Notes: generated by a model not told the origin, from the letters alone. Positions 40,561-55,579 are shown, counted from the first letter of the stretch. The stretch is 64,000 bases of DNA from Octopus vulgaris (GCA_951406725.2 OX597814.1:148552001-148616000); one strand, 5' to 3'. A program made the numbers and translations.

Positions 40561-42402
40561 CAGGTAGACGAATGTGGTTCAAAGCTGATTTCGACGTACA
40601 GGTTCCTGAGATGTTTGAGGAGATGAACCATCAAGAATCTATATGGTTTTGTTTTCAAAGTATAAAGTTCATTATTCCTACCATGGTATATATTTTCAAA
40701 ACATAGACAATACTAATTTATTACTTTCATTTAGCTAAATACCAGAATTTGATAAATGAAAATCAACTGCAAGCAGAGCTACATATGGAAATGGCAATCT
40801 TAGGTATTGAAATACATATTGATTCTTACAAATGCAATATTTCTTGTTCCATTTTGTGTAAACGTTTCGTAATTCAGTGCCACTAAATAAATAAGCTTCG
40901 CCCGAGAAATGTGATATTTTTGCAAGTAATTGCCCCAACGCTACTCATTACATCTAGATCACAGTCGGCAGCACTGTGATTTCGTTTATCTAAAAGCCGT
41001 ATATTTGGCAATTGCAGCTAAAATACCGTTATACTTTCGTATATTATAAATGGATTGATATCTTTAGTCCTAGCAATGCGACCGCAATAAATTATCTGTG
41101 AAGTTATGCTCGTGTTCTGTACAAATCCACAGAACTTTCAAAACCATCCGTTTCTCTATTGATTTCTTGTGAACACAAATTTACTAGTTCCTAAAATACA
41201 GATAGATATACCAACCTTATTTTCGAAGAGAAGGAATTCATGTGATAGGAAATGCTACGGATATTATTTATAATGTTACTCATTAGATTACTGGTATAAG
41301 AGCGGGGGAAAGGGGGAGAGGAGGCGATTTGAGAGAAGTTATGGTGAGTGAAATATGTAATTTTCTTTGAATAAATGTTTCCTCCGTTCCTTACCCCCGT
41401 CTGTAACGCTTTCATGTGATTAGTTGAAGGGAAAGGTGAAGAGCGAGAGAAAGAGAGGGTAAGGCGACGAGTGAAAGAGAAAGAGGTATAGTGCTGTCTA
41501 TTAAATCTATGAAATTGTGCGTAATGTATACAAAGTGGATATATAAATTACATTAAGTGATGATCATATTCCAAGTTCTATCATTTTTCGATGTGCCGCA
41601 GATGAGTGACTATTTTTTATATACTGGCAAAATACAGGCTACGATTTCAGATTTTTTGGATAAAGTTTTCAGAAATAATCCAATAAGTTTATCATTAATT
41701 CCATGAAATATCCACGGGTCCAGCTAGTCAATATAATCAACAATAAAATCGTATATATTACATTTGAGGTATATAAAGATGTGCTTTATTTTTTGCTCTT
41801 CCATTAAATATAGATGCTTAAACGATTATATATACTAAATAACATAGATCTTATCATTCACATATTTAATTTGAGTTGATTGAATGTTCAAAGTGGGAAA
41901 TATAAGCAGTTTTTGAATGACTGGAAATATGTTAACAAATGTATGAAATAATTGATTGTACATATTATCACATACTCAGCACAATATATACACGTATAGA
42001 TATTATTTTCATATCCCATCCCAAACCACGTCACAGAAGACAATTGTATTATAAATTATTTGCAATGCAATAGAATTATATGTTTAACCGACAACTACAT
42101 TTGACTGAAAACTACATTCGACTCTTTCGATAGTTCAAACGTATTTACATGCACCTTATAGCACGCTGAATATAAAGTCCGCTGTTCCCCAACCGGACCT
42201 GAAAATACACAAATCTCATGAACTTGATACTACAGTTCTAACATCATTCGAGTGTTTCCATATTAGATCATTTGTATTTAATTTTAACCACGTTATTATC
42301 AACACATTTATTTTGAAAATTTACCTTTGGAATTCCAATCTCCTCCAGACCTTTTACTATTACATAGTGTTTAAATACATAACTGAAAATCTATTGAAGA
42401 AA

Positions 42403-42469
<67 letters not shown>

Positions 42470-43007
42470 ATGAGAATAAACACATAAATGCGGAACGAAG
42501 AGGAAAAATAGTACTCGAATACCAGATGTTGAGTAATGTGCTTTATTACAAAACAGCAAAAATATCACAAAATCTGCTACTCAGACATTCACGCTCCCAT
42601 TGGTCAGACATATGTATTTAGAATGGAACAAAAATAAGGTTATAAGCAAAAATATACAATTAGTTTAATAGGCACACATTTGAAAATGATTTTGTTTCAT
42701 TGGTCCATTCAACAAACGGTCTCTTTCATGACGGTTGCATAGAATGAACGAGTTGCGGTATAAAAACATCATCTTATTATTAAGAAAATCGAAGCAAATC
42801 TTCAATCGAAAATAGCTTATAAAGAAGATCAGTTACTGAATACCTAGGGTAAATAATTATCAGTTAAAATATTAATCAAATATAACATTAAAAGTTATAT
42901 CCGTTTAAAGAAATACGTTGGATTACGTATACATTTAGCAGTATATATACATACCAAACCATCTACATACATATACACACTAAACATACAGACGCATGTA
43001 CATAGCT

Positions 43008-43050
<43 letters not shown>

Positions 43051-43090
43051 AACATATATAGACAATACATAAATATATATCCAAATGCAA

Positions 43091-43156
<66 letters not shown>

Positions 43157-43899
43157 ACACGCATAATATATCTTGGTGCATGCTTAAACAAGTTAGTTGT
43201 TACAGGCGAAAGAAAGAGAAATAAAAAATTAGAGAAAGAAAGGGGAAATAGAAAGGGATAGATAGGGATCGTGGCGTTCGAATGTATGTAAAGGCAATTT
43301 GATACTCCGTTTCTCTTGCGCAACGAACGCATAAAAACGCACACAAATTATATGTATATCTACATAAGCACAAAAATAAAATACGAATATACATACATAT
43401 AGATATGCATACAAATATACTAAAATATATACGCAAATACATGCTCACATATACACAACTATTTACACATATGTATACACATTTATATATGTTTGCATAT
43501 ACATATATATGTATATAAATATATATATATATATATACACATATATATACATACATATTTATATATATATATACATACATACACAAAAGTATACGCATAT
43601 ACATATACATACATATACACACCTACAATTCATACATATACATGAGTATATAGAGACATATCTTCACATCAAGATAAATATATACATCAGAACGTATATC
43701 TACAAAACATTTTTTAAACTTTGTATATAATATTAAAACATGAAAATATCGAAATTGCATTAATTTGATATAATATAATTAAATACGTGAGTAAGCAAAA
43801 AAAAAAAAACCTCGGTGAAGCTGAAGCTTAAATTTGTAAAACAGTCGAAGGCTTTCTCAAAAAAAAGCATTGGAAAAGAAAACTTAAATTCAAATACGA

Positions 43900-44500
43900 A
43901 ATTCAAAAAATTTTACAAACACAGTATCTTGTCGGTTGACATTTCATACTTTACGGCATGCCTGCAGGATTTCAACAGCTCGCGTCTATGGTTCAAAGTA
44001 TTTTTATCCTGGAATATGATGAAGAACTTTTCTGAGAGGCAAAGATTACATTTTATAGGTCTTTTATAATCTCCATGTCTGGATGCTGATGCTTTTACTA
44101 GAATTTCCCATGTTAATTTGAAAGGACAGGTGTCATTCTCTTTCACTTCCCAGGCATGCTTTACAAAACTTGTCGCTGTCCTCTTATCGAGGTATTGGAA
44201 ATAATTTCTGTGGGAATAGAATCGAGTCTTAAATGAATTTTCCGAAGCACCTGAATATGTTTTATATTCTTGCTAGACATCTACTGGCACTTTGGCTCTA
44301 TAAACGATTCCTTTTTCCAGACATTTTCCTTCCAACAAACACCAAATCTCATCTTTGCAGTTGCAGTTCCTCAGATTAAATTCGGCAGAGTATCTCTCTG
44401 TAATAATGTTCGTATTATGCTGGCTAATAAAAGAGGTGAAGTTATTGCAACAACACTAGCTAACCTTCAGTGTTCTTATTTAAATATTCGATAGAAGTTA
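43900..44500 (-). pseudogene. Penelope-like element C-terminus with GIY-YIG endonuclease
   Basis: One frame with two TAG stops: TLKVS*CCCNN...HN...CNCKDEIWCLLEGKCLEKGIVYRAKV...TYSGASENSFKTRFYSH...HAWEVK...WEI...KCNLCLSEK...LNHRRELLKSCRH. Confidence 0.85.
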
Positions 44501-44539
44501 TGGCTACTTCCTGAATTCCTAGAGGCACGCCACAAAGTT

Positions 44540-45328
44540 TGAAATGTGAGCTGTCATTTATAATGGACAATTATAGACCGTCATTGAGAAAAGACCATAT
44601 GAAACCATCCAAGAATTGGTAAAAGAACTGCAAGTCAGTCGGAGAACTGCCTGTAACTATTTATATGCTATCGGAATATCAAAAAGCCTTGACAAATGGG
44701 TACTACTCGATTTGAATGAAAATCAGAAAATGCGCAGGTATGAAGTTCGTCGCTTCTTCTCTGCAACTAGACCGTATTGTAACTTGCGATGAAAAGTGGA
44801 TTCGACCAATTATAAAAATCGGTCTTCTCAGCAGTCGATCCAAAATGAATCCCCGAAAAACTTCCGTAAACTCGAGCTCTTCAAAAACAAGGTTATGACG
44901 ATGTTTGGTGGTGTACTGCTGGACTGAACCACTATAACTTCTCAAAACCGGAAAAAGCATTACTGCAGAAAAATATCGCCATGAAATTGCCAAAATGAAT
45001 GACAAACCGTTACTCCTCCGTCCCAGACTGAAGAAGGCCAATAATTCTCATAACGATGCACCACCACTCATTTCACTAATGACGCTCCAGAAGTTGAAGA
45101 ATTCCTGATCCAGTTCATTCTCCATGCATTTCTCCTACCGACTACCACATTTTCAAGCACCTTGATGGCATCATGCAAGAGAAGAATTTCAAAAATCAAA
45201 CATGTTGTTGTTAGTGCGTTCAAAGTGTTCATCACCTCCAGAACTCCATATTTTATGTTCCCCAAATAAAAAACAAATTGTAATCTGTTGGCAGAAAATG
45301 TATTGATTGTATTGGTACTTACTTTGAT
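44540..45328 (+). pseudogene. Decayed mariner transposase
   Basis: ELVKELQVS, LDKWV..DLNENQK, RIVTCDEKWI, SITAEKY, SPTDYHIFKHL, GTYFD. Many frameshifts. Confidence 0.85.
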
Positions 45329-45618
45329 GGACCACCTTAAATGGTTTTAATCAAACAAATAGACCTCTGAATTTATTCTATCTTACCATTGCCGAACCGC
45401 TGTATTACAGGAATATAAATACCGTGCCAATTGATGTCATGTGATAGTGGGGAGAAAAACACACACACACACACGCACATAAATATATCCATCTATCCAT
45501 CCATCCATTAATCCATACATACATTCATTCATACATATATACATACATACATACACACATACATATATACATACATGCATGCATATATATATTTATATAT
45601 ATGCATATATACATATAT

Positions 45619-45694
<76 letters not shown>

Positions 45695-45772
45695 ATAGTA
45701 TATATATATTTATATATATGGTTATCGTGTTTTCACTTAAGAACGTACTACAGTATAATATACAGCTCGTCG

Positions 45773-45827
<55 letters not shown>

Positions 45828-45924
45828 CGCCTTACTACAAACAGAAACAGCCACTGACATAAATATCTTTGTAGATATATGTATCTATATCTATTTCACT
45901 CTCTCTATATATATCTCTCTCTCA

Positions 45925-45955
<31 letters not shown>

Positions 45956-46796
45956 AATACATATGTATATACATGCATACATATGGATATAGGGGAAATG
46001 ATATAGTGAGAGAAAGATACAGAGAGCATCCTCTCACGACATCAACGAAGATGGTTTTCTCAATGTTCCATCGTGAATGTTTGTCTTTCCATATGTTTGG
46101 TTGGCCTTTAACTTCATGTTATGTTTCAGTGAATAGAATATCACTGCGGATAGTGGACTTAGCGTGCGTATTCACCAAATTATATCGTATCTCAATATTG
46201 TCTTGTCTTCATCATTATAGCGCAGTACATCAAAACACGCACGACATTGAACAACAGTACAGATGCGTGCAATGTATCCGTAAATCTTCTCTTTAGTTTT
46301 GTTTCATGTCATGTTTTATTCTGAACCCTCATGTGAAGCAAACATAGTTAAATATTTGTATACGTGTATATGTTTTTGTATTTGAATGTGTACATCTGTC
46401 TGTTTGCTAGTGTATTGGGTATTAAATATATTACGAAGTAGTTTCGTATTTACTCATTTTTTTATGTACAGAATGCTATGATGAAGATCTAGAACGTCAC
46501 AGAGGGATTTGTGAACTACTTGGAACATAACTTCGAGGGACGCATAGGATGATATAAAACAAAACAATAAAAAAAGGAGAATTGTTGATAGAAGAATGAA
46601 ACATCCTAAGAATTCACGGGGTAACTATAATATAATTCTGCATTGATAAATGTTTACATATACAAAGAGGGGAAGAAAAAGAAAGATATATATATCTATA
46701 GATATACATATACGCGTGCATATATACTTGTATATATGTCAACGTATACATATCAGCACACGCATATCTATGTATGCATATACATATCTATGTATG

Positions 46797-46834
<38 letters not shown>

Positions 46835-46972
46835 CGCATGTATATATATATACATATACTTATATATTTGTATATATAAATATATATATAAGTATGTGTG
46901 TGTGTTTGTGTGTATGTATAGATATGCATATTGCTATATGCATAGGTTTGTAAGACTACTTGTAAACGTGCA

Positions 46973-47600
46973 TTAGCTGCTATTTCTAATGAGTTCAGTA
47001 TGTGGCAAAGTAATTTATTTTACTAAGCCCTTATATATAATGTAATATTTTGAATTCGCCTAAAATGGTCCCTTTACATACTGAATACTTGGTGAAATTG
47101 ATTAATAATTAATTAATTTTACCCTCAATTGTTGAAATTATAATTCATCTCTCTCTGTTAAATGCTGCGGGTTTCACCGTTAATACATGGTGTTTGTCAA
47201 TTTTAACCCACGCTGGTGGAAAGGGGAGAGCAGAAATTCTTCGCTTGCATATTCGAATTTGGTAGCACTTTTAGTTCGAGCAGAATTCTAGAAGTGATAA
47301 GAAGCCGAAAGGGTATGCTCCCAACTTTCAGTGTTCCCAAATCCGATTCAAGGAATTCTGAGCTGACGAAAGAAATGTCGAATTGACTAATCTAGAAACG
47401 TACGTTCTCAAATAACCTTTGCACTTGATTTTTTAATGTTTTTTCCCCATACCTTTGTGAGTTGGTTTAGGCAAACATTATATGAGAGAGATCTTCTTTA
47501 AGTATTAGAAATAGCTGAAGAAATTTCTTTAGCTGCTATTTCTAATGAGTTCAGTATGTGGCAAAGTAATTTATTTTACTAAGCCCTTATATATAATGTA
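46973..47600. repeat. Exact 72-bp direct repeats (46973-47044 and 47529-47600) flanking 484 bp
   Basis: ttagctgctatttctaatgagttcagtatgtggcaaagtaatttattttactaagcccttatatataatgta occurs twice. Confidence 0.95.
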
Positions 47601-48031
47601 TATATATATACATATATATATATACACACACACACACGCACATGTATGTATATATATATATGTATATATATATATATTATAGATATATATATGACTCTGT
47701 GTGTGTGTGTGCACAATCAATAGCTGTATCCCTATATTCACCAATATATTTGAATATTGTAGTGTAAATTAAATATCAGATCGTCTATCCAGTCAATGTG
47801 GTTCATTTACTCCATATTGTTACTCTATATTGCTGATAGCAATAGCACTTAACTATAAAACTGACTTTCCTCCCTGTTTAGTTGAAAAAATATAATTGCC
47901 ACGTTTACAAGTAGTCTTACAAACCTATGCGTATAGCAATATGCATATCTATACATACACACAAACACACACACATACTTATATATATATTTATATATAC
48001 AAATATATAAGATTTATATACGCATATATAC

Positions 48032-48086
<55 letters not shown>

Positions 48087-48138
48087 CATATACACACATA
48101 TATATATACATATATACATATATGCATATTATATATAA

Positions 48139-48219
<81 letters not shown>

Positions 48220-48451
48220 TGTATGTATGTATGTGTGTATGTATGTATGTATGTATGTATGTGTGTGTAAGTGTATCTATGTATTATTAATTATGTATGC
48301 ATGTATATTTACAGTCGTGAATTCATTCATGCAAATGTGTGTGCTTTATATGCTATTAGGTATTTTATTGTGTATCCATATGTGTGTATGTATCTATGTT
48401 TGTGTGCATGTATGTGTGTTTGTAAATGTTCTCTCACCGATATATATATAT

Positions 48452-48492
<41 letters not shown>

Positions 48493-51190
48493 TACATTGT
48501 CTACGCGATTGTATGCTTTAGAGATTGTACTTCTTACACGCGATACGCTAACAATGCGGCATCGAGGCAGCAGCTAGCACTTATTGATACGTTATATTCC
48601 AACTTTCTCTAATGATCTTTCTTTTCCATTTGCAGATATTTTGTCTTTCCTTCTATCTTTGATTCCGCTTTCCTCTCTTTTTCTTACTCTTTCATTTCAG
48701 ATTTTTCTTTCTTTTTCTTTTACCTTCGCGAGTAAATGAGCGGTTTTACGTATCACGATCTCCGTTGGATGTCAGAATGACATGGCACATCAAAGTCTTA
48801 AAGATAATTTTGATTTCGTTTCCAAGTTACTGGTACAAATTTGAAAGATTGTTAAAATCCCACACGACAGACTTATTTAACAATATTGAAATGTGCATAG
48901 TTGTATAACCTGATGAACGGATTCATGCATGCTTCTACTAGCATAACTTAGGGTATGAATTGGTATGTAACTTGATGCATTGATTACTTTCACGTTATTT
49001 AGCATATTACAAGTATGATTATTAATTTTATTGCCGAAATAATATGAAAACTCAGACATTTTAAAAGGACAAGATTAAACTAGCAAAAAAGAATTTGGGA
49101 GCACGTTGTCTCTCTGGGCAAACCACGAGCTTCTCGCATCACCAAATCTTTGCATCCTTCAAAGGATACATTATAATCTTATTTTCTTCTCGAACAGCCA
49201 CTGGGTTGATAAAATTTAAATATACCACCAAGACAATTCGTGATTTGTACGCTAATAGCAATGTTGCTCTTCAATTATCAAGACACTTTTGTATGTGAAA
49301 CACATTAAAAGGTTCAAATGAATACCTAATTTCCTCGTACATCTGACCGTCATGACTTCGATTGCACTAATCATTCGAGCTGTTTATTCACTAAAATGAA
49401 GGAATCTTGAGTATAAGCGATTATTATAACTAATGAAACAGCAGAAATCTTTATTGTAATCCCGAAAATCACATGCAATATGAATAATGCTGCAACCATT
49501 AATGGCTGGTGATAGTATTACACTTTTATATATTCACTAATATGCGATTACGTGATGTAATTTCTTTCTTCATATGATTGATTTTACTGCGTTTTCTTCC
49601 ATATGTCAGTAAAAGTTTAATACCAAATCAAGCTACTAATACCATACGTACGGAACTAAACAAAGAGAAACAATAAAAATAGGTTCCTTAATAATTGTTA
49701 ATTGGAAGATTTACATATTGTAAATATTCTCACGTACAACATTAGCACAAATAACACTATTTTATGTGTGTAGTTCATCATAGTGCATGACATGCGCATA
49801 GCCCTCGAAATGGAGGTTATTCGCCAACACGGGGATTCAGTATTTGTATTGAAGTGAAAGGGACAAATCTCTTTTAGACAAGCACTCTAATATTTCACTT
49901 AAAGCAGCTTCCTTTCTCTTAACGTACTATAGATAATGGTTTTAATCAATGAAGAATAGATATATGCACCTTTCGTATAACAGATAGCGTTTTGGATTTA
50001 CGTAGGGAATTAAATAAAGGTTTTCAACTCTAGAACAGATTGTTATATCAAAATATTTCTTCTGTTGCATTATGAAATGGAAATAGTGAAGACGAAAGTT
50101 CTTCTCATTCTTATATGACATGGCTCTACCTTCAGATGTAACTCAATGATGAAGCGTTATGTAATTTGGAAAGCTTTACACTCTCAATTTTATATTTGAA
50201 AGTAATAGGATGTATACAATAGCTTGGATTGGGTAATTCGATAAGAATCAAGCAAATCTTTTCATTTAATATAGCTTAAGTAGATAACGGATGGATTGAC
50301 CTATCAAATATATTACAAGGAAGTAATTAAGTTATTGAATAAAATAGAATGACAGTTGTACCATATGAAAATCAATTACAGGAATAAATATCGAAATTTA
50401 TCAATTTACCACTGCGATATATACATTTCTAATGATCAGAGATAGCTTAAAGTTACAATATATTCCTATACCGTTGAATCAGTAACTACTAATTAATGAA
50501 ATTACATCAGAGAGTTGATTCTTTTTATCTCTATGATATTCCTCTCTATACTATAGTTAAGAAGATATTCAGACTGATAATAGAATGTGAGGATATCCTC
50601 TAGTATTGCTATTTTGATGGTTATATTTTTGAATGATATTAAACGACCTGGTAATCGCTACATTGTAACCTGCTTGTAGGGTTGTAATTCATTTAGCCAG
50701 GTTATGATGCAGAAGCATTAAGAATATAGAGAGAGACAAAATCCTATATGGGTGATTGTGTATGTGTGTGAGTATGTGTGTGTGTGCATGTATGTGTGTG
50801 TGAGTGTATTTGTCACAGTGTGTGTACGTAAATATGTGTATGTGTGTTTGTAAGATTGAACAAATCACTACGTATATCAAATGGATGTGTTATAAAACTA
50901 TTCCGCACATACAATAACAGCCATACCAACAATCCAACATACTTCAATTGTCAGCTGCCCCACAGATAAATACTATATATTGTATATTGTTATCTATGCG
51001 GTACTACATATATAGCAATCCTATACAGTTAACTTGACATGGTGAGAATAATATACAGTGACCCGAAACAGGTAGCGTAGGATCTTTTGTGGTAAGCACT
51101 AATACGTGTAGACTTTTTGTTGTATAAAAAGTATATACATACACACACAAACATACACACACACACAATCACACACACACACACACACAC

Positions 51191-51229
<39 letters not shown>

Positions 51230-51784
51230 TGCATACATTCACATATATATATATGTGTATATATGTATGTACTTCGTCTGCATTTGACCAGACTGATTAT
51301 GGTAGTTTGGGCTCCTGCTACGTCATCTGGGACATTCTCCATTTCATCTTTGGACCACCTTACTTAGATCGTTCAAAGCTCTTTCTGCTGCATTTTTGTT
51401 ATATGTATTCATTCTCTTCTGTTGTATATAGCTGTAAGATTTTTTCTAGTTATATATGCATTAATTCTTTGTATGTTGTATTTACATAATATCTTGCTTG
51501 TTCCTGTCTTAAAATACAATCGCTAGCTTTTTCCCAGAAGCTTAATAGGAGCTCTTGCACCTCCAAGATTGAGAGGTCTTCATGGTGAATGACGCGAAAC
51601 CACTATGCTATTTCGGGTCACAGAGTGACGAGGAAAAATCAGATGTGAATATTCCGCGCATCATGTGTTTACCTAGATTTGCCTTCCGTTAAATTTTCGT
51701 CTAGTGTTCCGTTTTCTCCGCTTTCATCTAAAGATTTCTTTCGGTTGTGTTCTTTCTGTTCAGTCATTAATATTGATATATATG

Positions 51785-51952
51785 AAGGAGTGACTGGTTG
51801 GGGAGTAAGCTTCATACTAATGAAGCTTGCTCCCCAACCACATAGTTCCGGTTTCAGTCCCACTGCGTGGCACCTGCTCGAAGCTAGGGCCAACCAAAGC
51901 CTTGTGAGTGGAGTTGGTAGAGGGAAAACGAAAGAAGCCCGTCATATATATG

Positions 51953-52024
<72 letters not shown>

Positions 52025-52178
52025 CGTGATTCTATTTGTGTTTGTGATCTGTTTACGCCCCCGCAACCTACCTGTTCGACAAGAGAGACCGATAGAATAA
52101 GACCTGGGGTCGATTTGTTAGAATAAAGGCGTTGCTCCATCACGGCTGCAGTCAAATGACAAAGAGGTAAAAGAAAAT
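51785..52178 (+). mobile_element. SINE, family B, with a rearranged head
   Basis: cccaaccacatagttccggtttcagtcccactgcgtggcacc...aagaagcccgtc-(TA)(TG)n-...agagaccgatagaataag...gcagtcaaatgac. Confidence 0.85.
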
Positions 52179-52227
52179 AATAAAGTACACACACACATGC
52201 ACACACACACATATATATATACATACA

Positions 52228-52262
<35 letters not shown>

Positions 52263-52911
52263 TATTAATACAGACATAACCATGCAAAAATACGATCAAT
52301 GGAGATGTGTAGAAAATATTGATTTAGTTAAATTAAATTAGATTTGGTTGATTTTATATTGCAAGCGATGAATTGAAATTATCTTAGGTCTGGTTTGTCA
52401 ATGTGTTAATAAACTTTTATTGATCTTATCTGCATCTTCTCTCTTGCTTTTTATAATGTTAGTAATATTATGTCTATGTGCCTATATTGCTAGGTATTCA
52501 CCTAGTCTAATCTTGGACATTTTTATGGTGGTTTATATCCTCACTTGTATATATATATATATATTATAGGGTAGCGAATATTCGTTATATATATCCCTAC
52601 CAGTGGTCTAACACGTATAAATAGTCAATAGACAACATATTCATATTTTAAAATAGTGTATATTTAAACACGAAAGAAAAATTACCCTTTGACAGGTAAT
52701 TTTTACATGTTAGACATAGCAGCCAATACTGCCAAAACCACAATTTAACAGCAATTTTCGATGTAATTGAAAAATAAAAACTTTTACCTTGTTATTTATT
52801 ATCGGTTATACGATGGTTTCGAAATTTCTTTAGCAAACAATATTATTTGTAATCCTTTAATAGGTAATTTAGCATAACAATATCATTGGTAGGCGAATTT
52901 CTCGTCAGTAA

Positions 52912-52955
<44 letters not shown>

Positions 52956-53479
52956 ATGAATCGATGCACAGGCAGATAGATAGATAAATAAATAAACAGA
53001 CAGATACGTACTTGCATACATACGTACGTACATACATACATAGCAAATTAAAATGACGAGGGAATAATAAAGTATATCACGAATTTATTCAGCTTACAGC
53101 TATTATGTTATACGATGAAAATGCACTCATTGTTGAATGCTTGTGCATCCCCCGATGGCTACATCGTACCTTCAAATAGGATATGTACTTTTATTTATAC
53201 ACAAACGAAAATGTAGGAAAGTCTTTATTGGCCCTCATAATCACTATCTGATTCTCATTTTCATCTTTTTCCGCTGTGTTCTTTCTCCCTTCCTTTCATT
53301 GTCTTGGATTCAATCCCATTGAAACTTTTCCATTCACAAGACATATTGTACATGTTTCCTTTTTTTATTTATATTTTTTGTAGAAACTCTTTTTATATGC
53401 TTTTGTAATAAGTTGATTGCATCTTATTACAGAAAAATTTTTATCTCAACGAGTGTTGTAACATAATTTCTTATTGCCT

Positions 53480-53545
53480 GGTGATTTTTATTATATATTA
53501 ATCCTCTTTACGCACACAGTGGATTAATATATAATCAAAATCACC
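53480..53545. repeat. 25-bp-arm hairpin
   Basis: ggtgatttttattatatattaatcc / ggattaatatataatcaaaatcacc, one mismatch. Confidence 0.85.
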
Positions 53546-53662
53546 TGATGCTTTGTTCTGATGCATATGTATACGGACATGTAACATAAAGTAATTAGTA
53601 TCGCTATACCAAAGGGAAATGATAATAATAACAATAGTAATAATAATAATAATAATAATAAT

Positions 53663-53850
53663 CACAAGACGTTAAATTTTGGTGCGGGGGGAGATAAGTC
53701 GATCTCTTGACTGGTACTTGATTCATTGTCCCCCCAGAAGGGATAAATGGCAAAGTCGACCTCGGTGGAATTTGAACTCGGAACGTAGCAATTGGCTAAA
53801 GACCGCTAAACAATTAGCCCGGCGTGCCAACGATTCTACCAGCTCGCCGC
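53663..53850 (-). mobile_element. SINE, family A, flanked by (TAA)n on both sides
   Basis: ggcaaagtcgacctcggtggaatttgaactc...gccaacgattctaccagctcgccgc. Confidence 0.85.
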
Positions 53851-53889
53851 ATTAATAATAATAATACTAATAATAATGATGATGCTTTC

Positions 53890-54298
53890 ATTAATTTGCG
53901 ACATGGACGAAGGATGAGGGGGGGCTATCCAAAGATACACATAAAGTATTGGAAATGACAAAAGATAATAAATTATTTTTTAAATGTTTCAAAATGAATG
54001 AAAACAATAAACTACACACGGTATACACTGAAAAAAACGGAACACATGCATAGCCTAACAGATTTTTTAAAAGGGGGCGGGGAAGATAATGGGTGGATGA
54101 TAGAGACATGACCCTCCTGATACGGGGATGCCTAAAATCCCAGTAGCAAGTACCCTCTCGAATACCTCCTCTCCGACTCACAGGTCAGCACTTAGAGTGG
54201 TACCGTCCATTCTTGCTATTTTCACGCCCCTTTCTTAAGCCCACTCAAGGAAAGCACTTCCATCCCCACACTCAATTTCTTTTCCAAGAGAAACTTGA
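53890..54298 (-). mobile_element. Possible 3' end of an L1/Tx1-like LINE
   Basis: A short frame KFLLEKKLSVGMEVLS is followed by a pyrimidine-rich 3' UTR-like stretch and aattaatgaaag. Trinucleotide repeats bound it. The family call is tentative. Confidence 0.35.
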
Positions 54299-54325
54299 CT
54301 ATACTACTACTACTACTACTACTAC

Positions 54326-54375
<50 letters not shown>

Positions 54376-55007
54376 TCAACAACAACATCAATAATAATAA
54401 GAACGCCGGCCTTGACAGTGGCTGGACGTGATTTTCGCTGCTGTGAACATTCAGCAGCAGAAAACACAGCAACACTAATATAACTCAACAGGACAACGAA
54501 AAACTCTCAAAGACTGGAATATCTACAATTTCCTGTGAGTTTTTAAAATTTCCCTCAAAATAAGTTAAGAAAATTACATATCTACAGTTTTTGAAGACAC
54601 AAACGATCATCTTTAAAAACCTTAATATCTACATATTTCTGTGAAAATTTTATTCCTCTTTTCTTTTCTTTCTCCCTGAGTATTGTAAAATGTAAATTTC
54701 CTTTTTATTGCAAAAGCACTATTGTCTCCTCTAATTGGACATACAAACGAACATCTCTAGAAAACTTTAAAATTTAAATAATCTACAATTTTCTGTGAAA
54801 ATTTAATCTTTTTTCCTTGACAAACCGAGTATGTAAAAATTAAATGCAAGAAAAAAGAATGAAAGGTGTTAGTACCTGCCAATATATACAAACTGCATAA
54901 TTACAAAAAACTGTAAACCAGAGCAAAACTTATGAAATGAAGACAAAATTTCATAGAAAAATATTCAGAAATTCAAAAATTCAACCTGGTGAACATCAGT
55001 ATATATT

Positions 55008-55057
<50 letters not shown>

Positions 55058-55579
55058 CATTTTTTCTATAAGTAATTAAAAATAGAAAATTGTGACATGG
55101 TTATTTTCATGGCCAAGGTAAGCGCTCTCATTGACTACTAAACACATTTGACCTCTGCTGACCCCAAGGGTGTGAGGCTGCCTTTGTCACATTATCGCAC
55201 AGGAATGCCCATTGCTGATATCTCTTCACCATCTGCCGAATCTATTTACAGACCTGAGAAATTTAATCTATTCACCAAGCTGTCTATCTTGCTCCTCCCA
55301 GTCACCTATTTACGATAATCTCAACTACAAGACAAAACTTGAAACTAAACAGCATTCAATAAAACCTTTTAATAATAAATGGTGATGGTGGTAATAATGA
55401 TAATAATAAGAATTTAGCCAAAACACATGTCGGATCACAGGAAATATTAACAATGACAAATAAAAAAAATCAATATCGGTGGTAATGAAACTGAAGCCTT
55501 TGATGGTGACAGTGTTACACCCAGCAGACTCAAAGATACTTGTTCGACTCCAGCTTGTTGTTATCCAGCAAGGAACCAG

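Noticed and set aside
43900-44500. Selenocysteine recoding, reported for some Naiad PLEs
   Set aside because: The two in-frame stops here are TAG, not TGA, and the Cys positions use normal codons.
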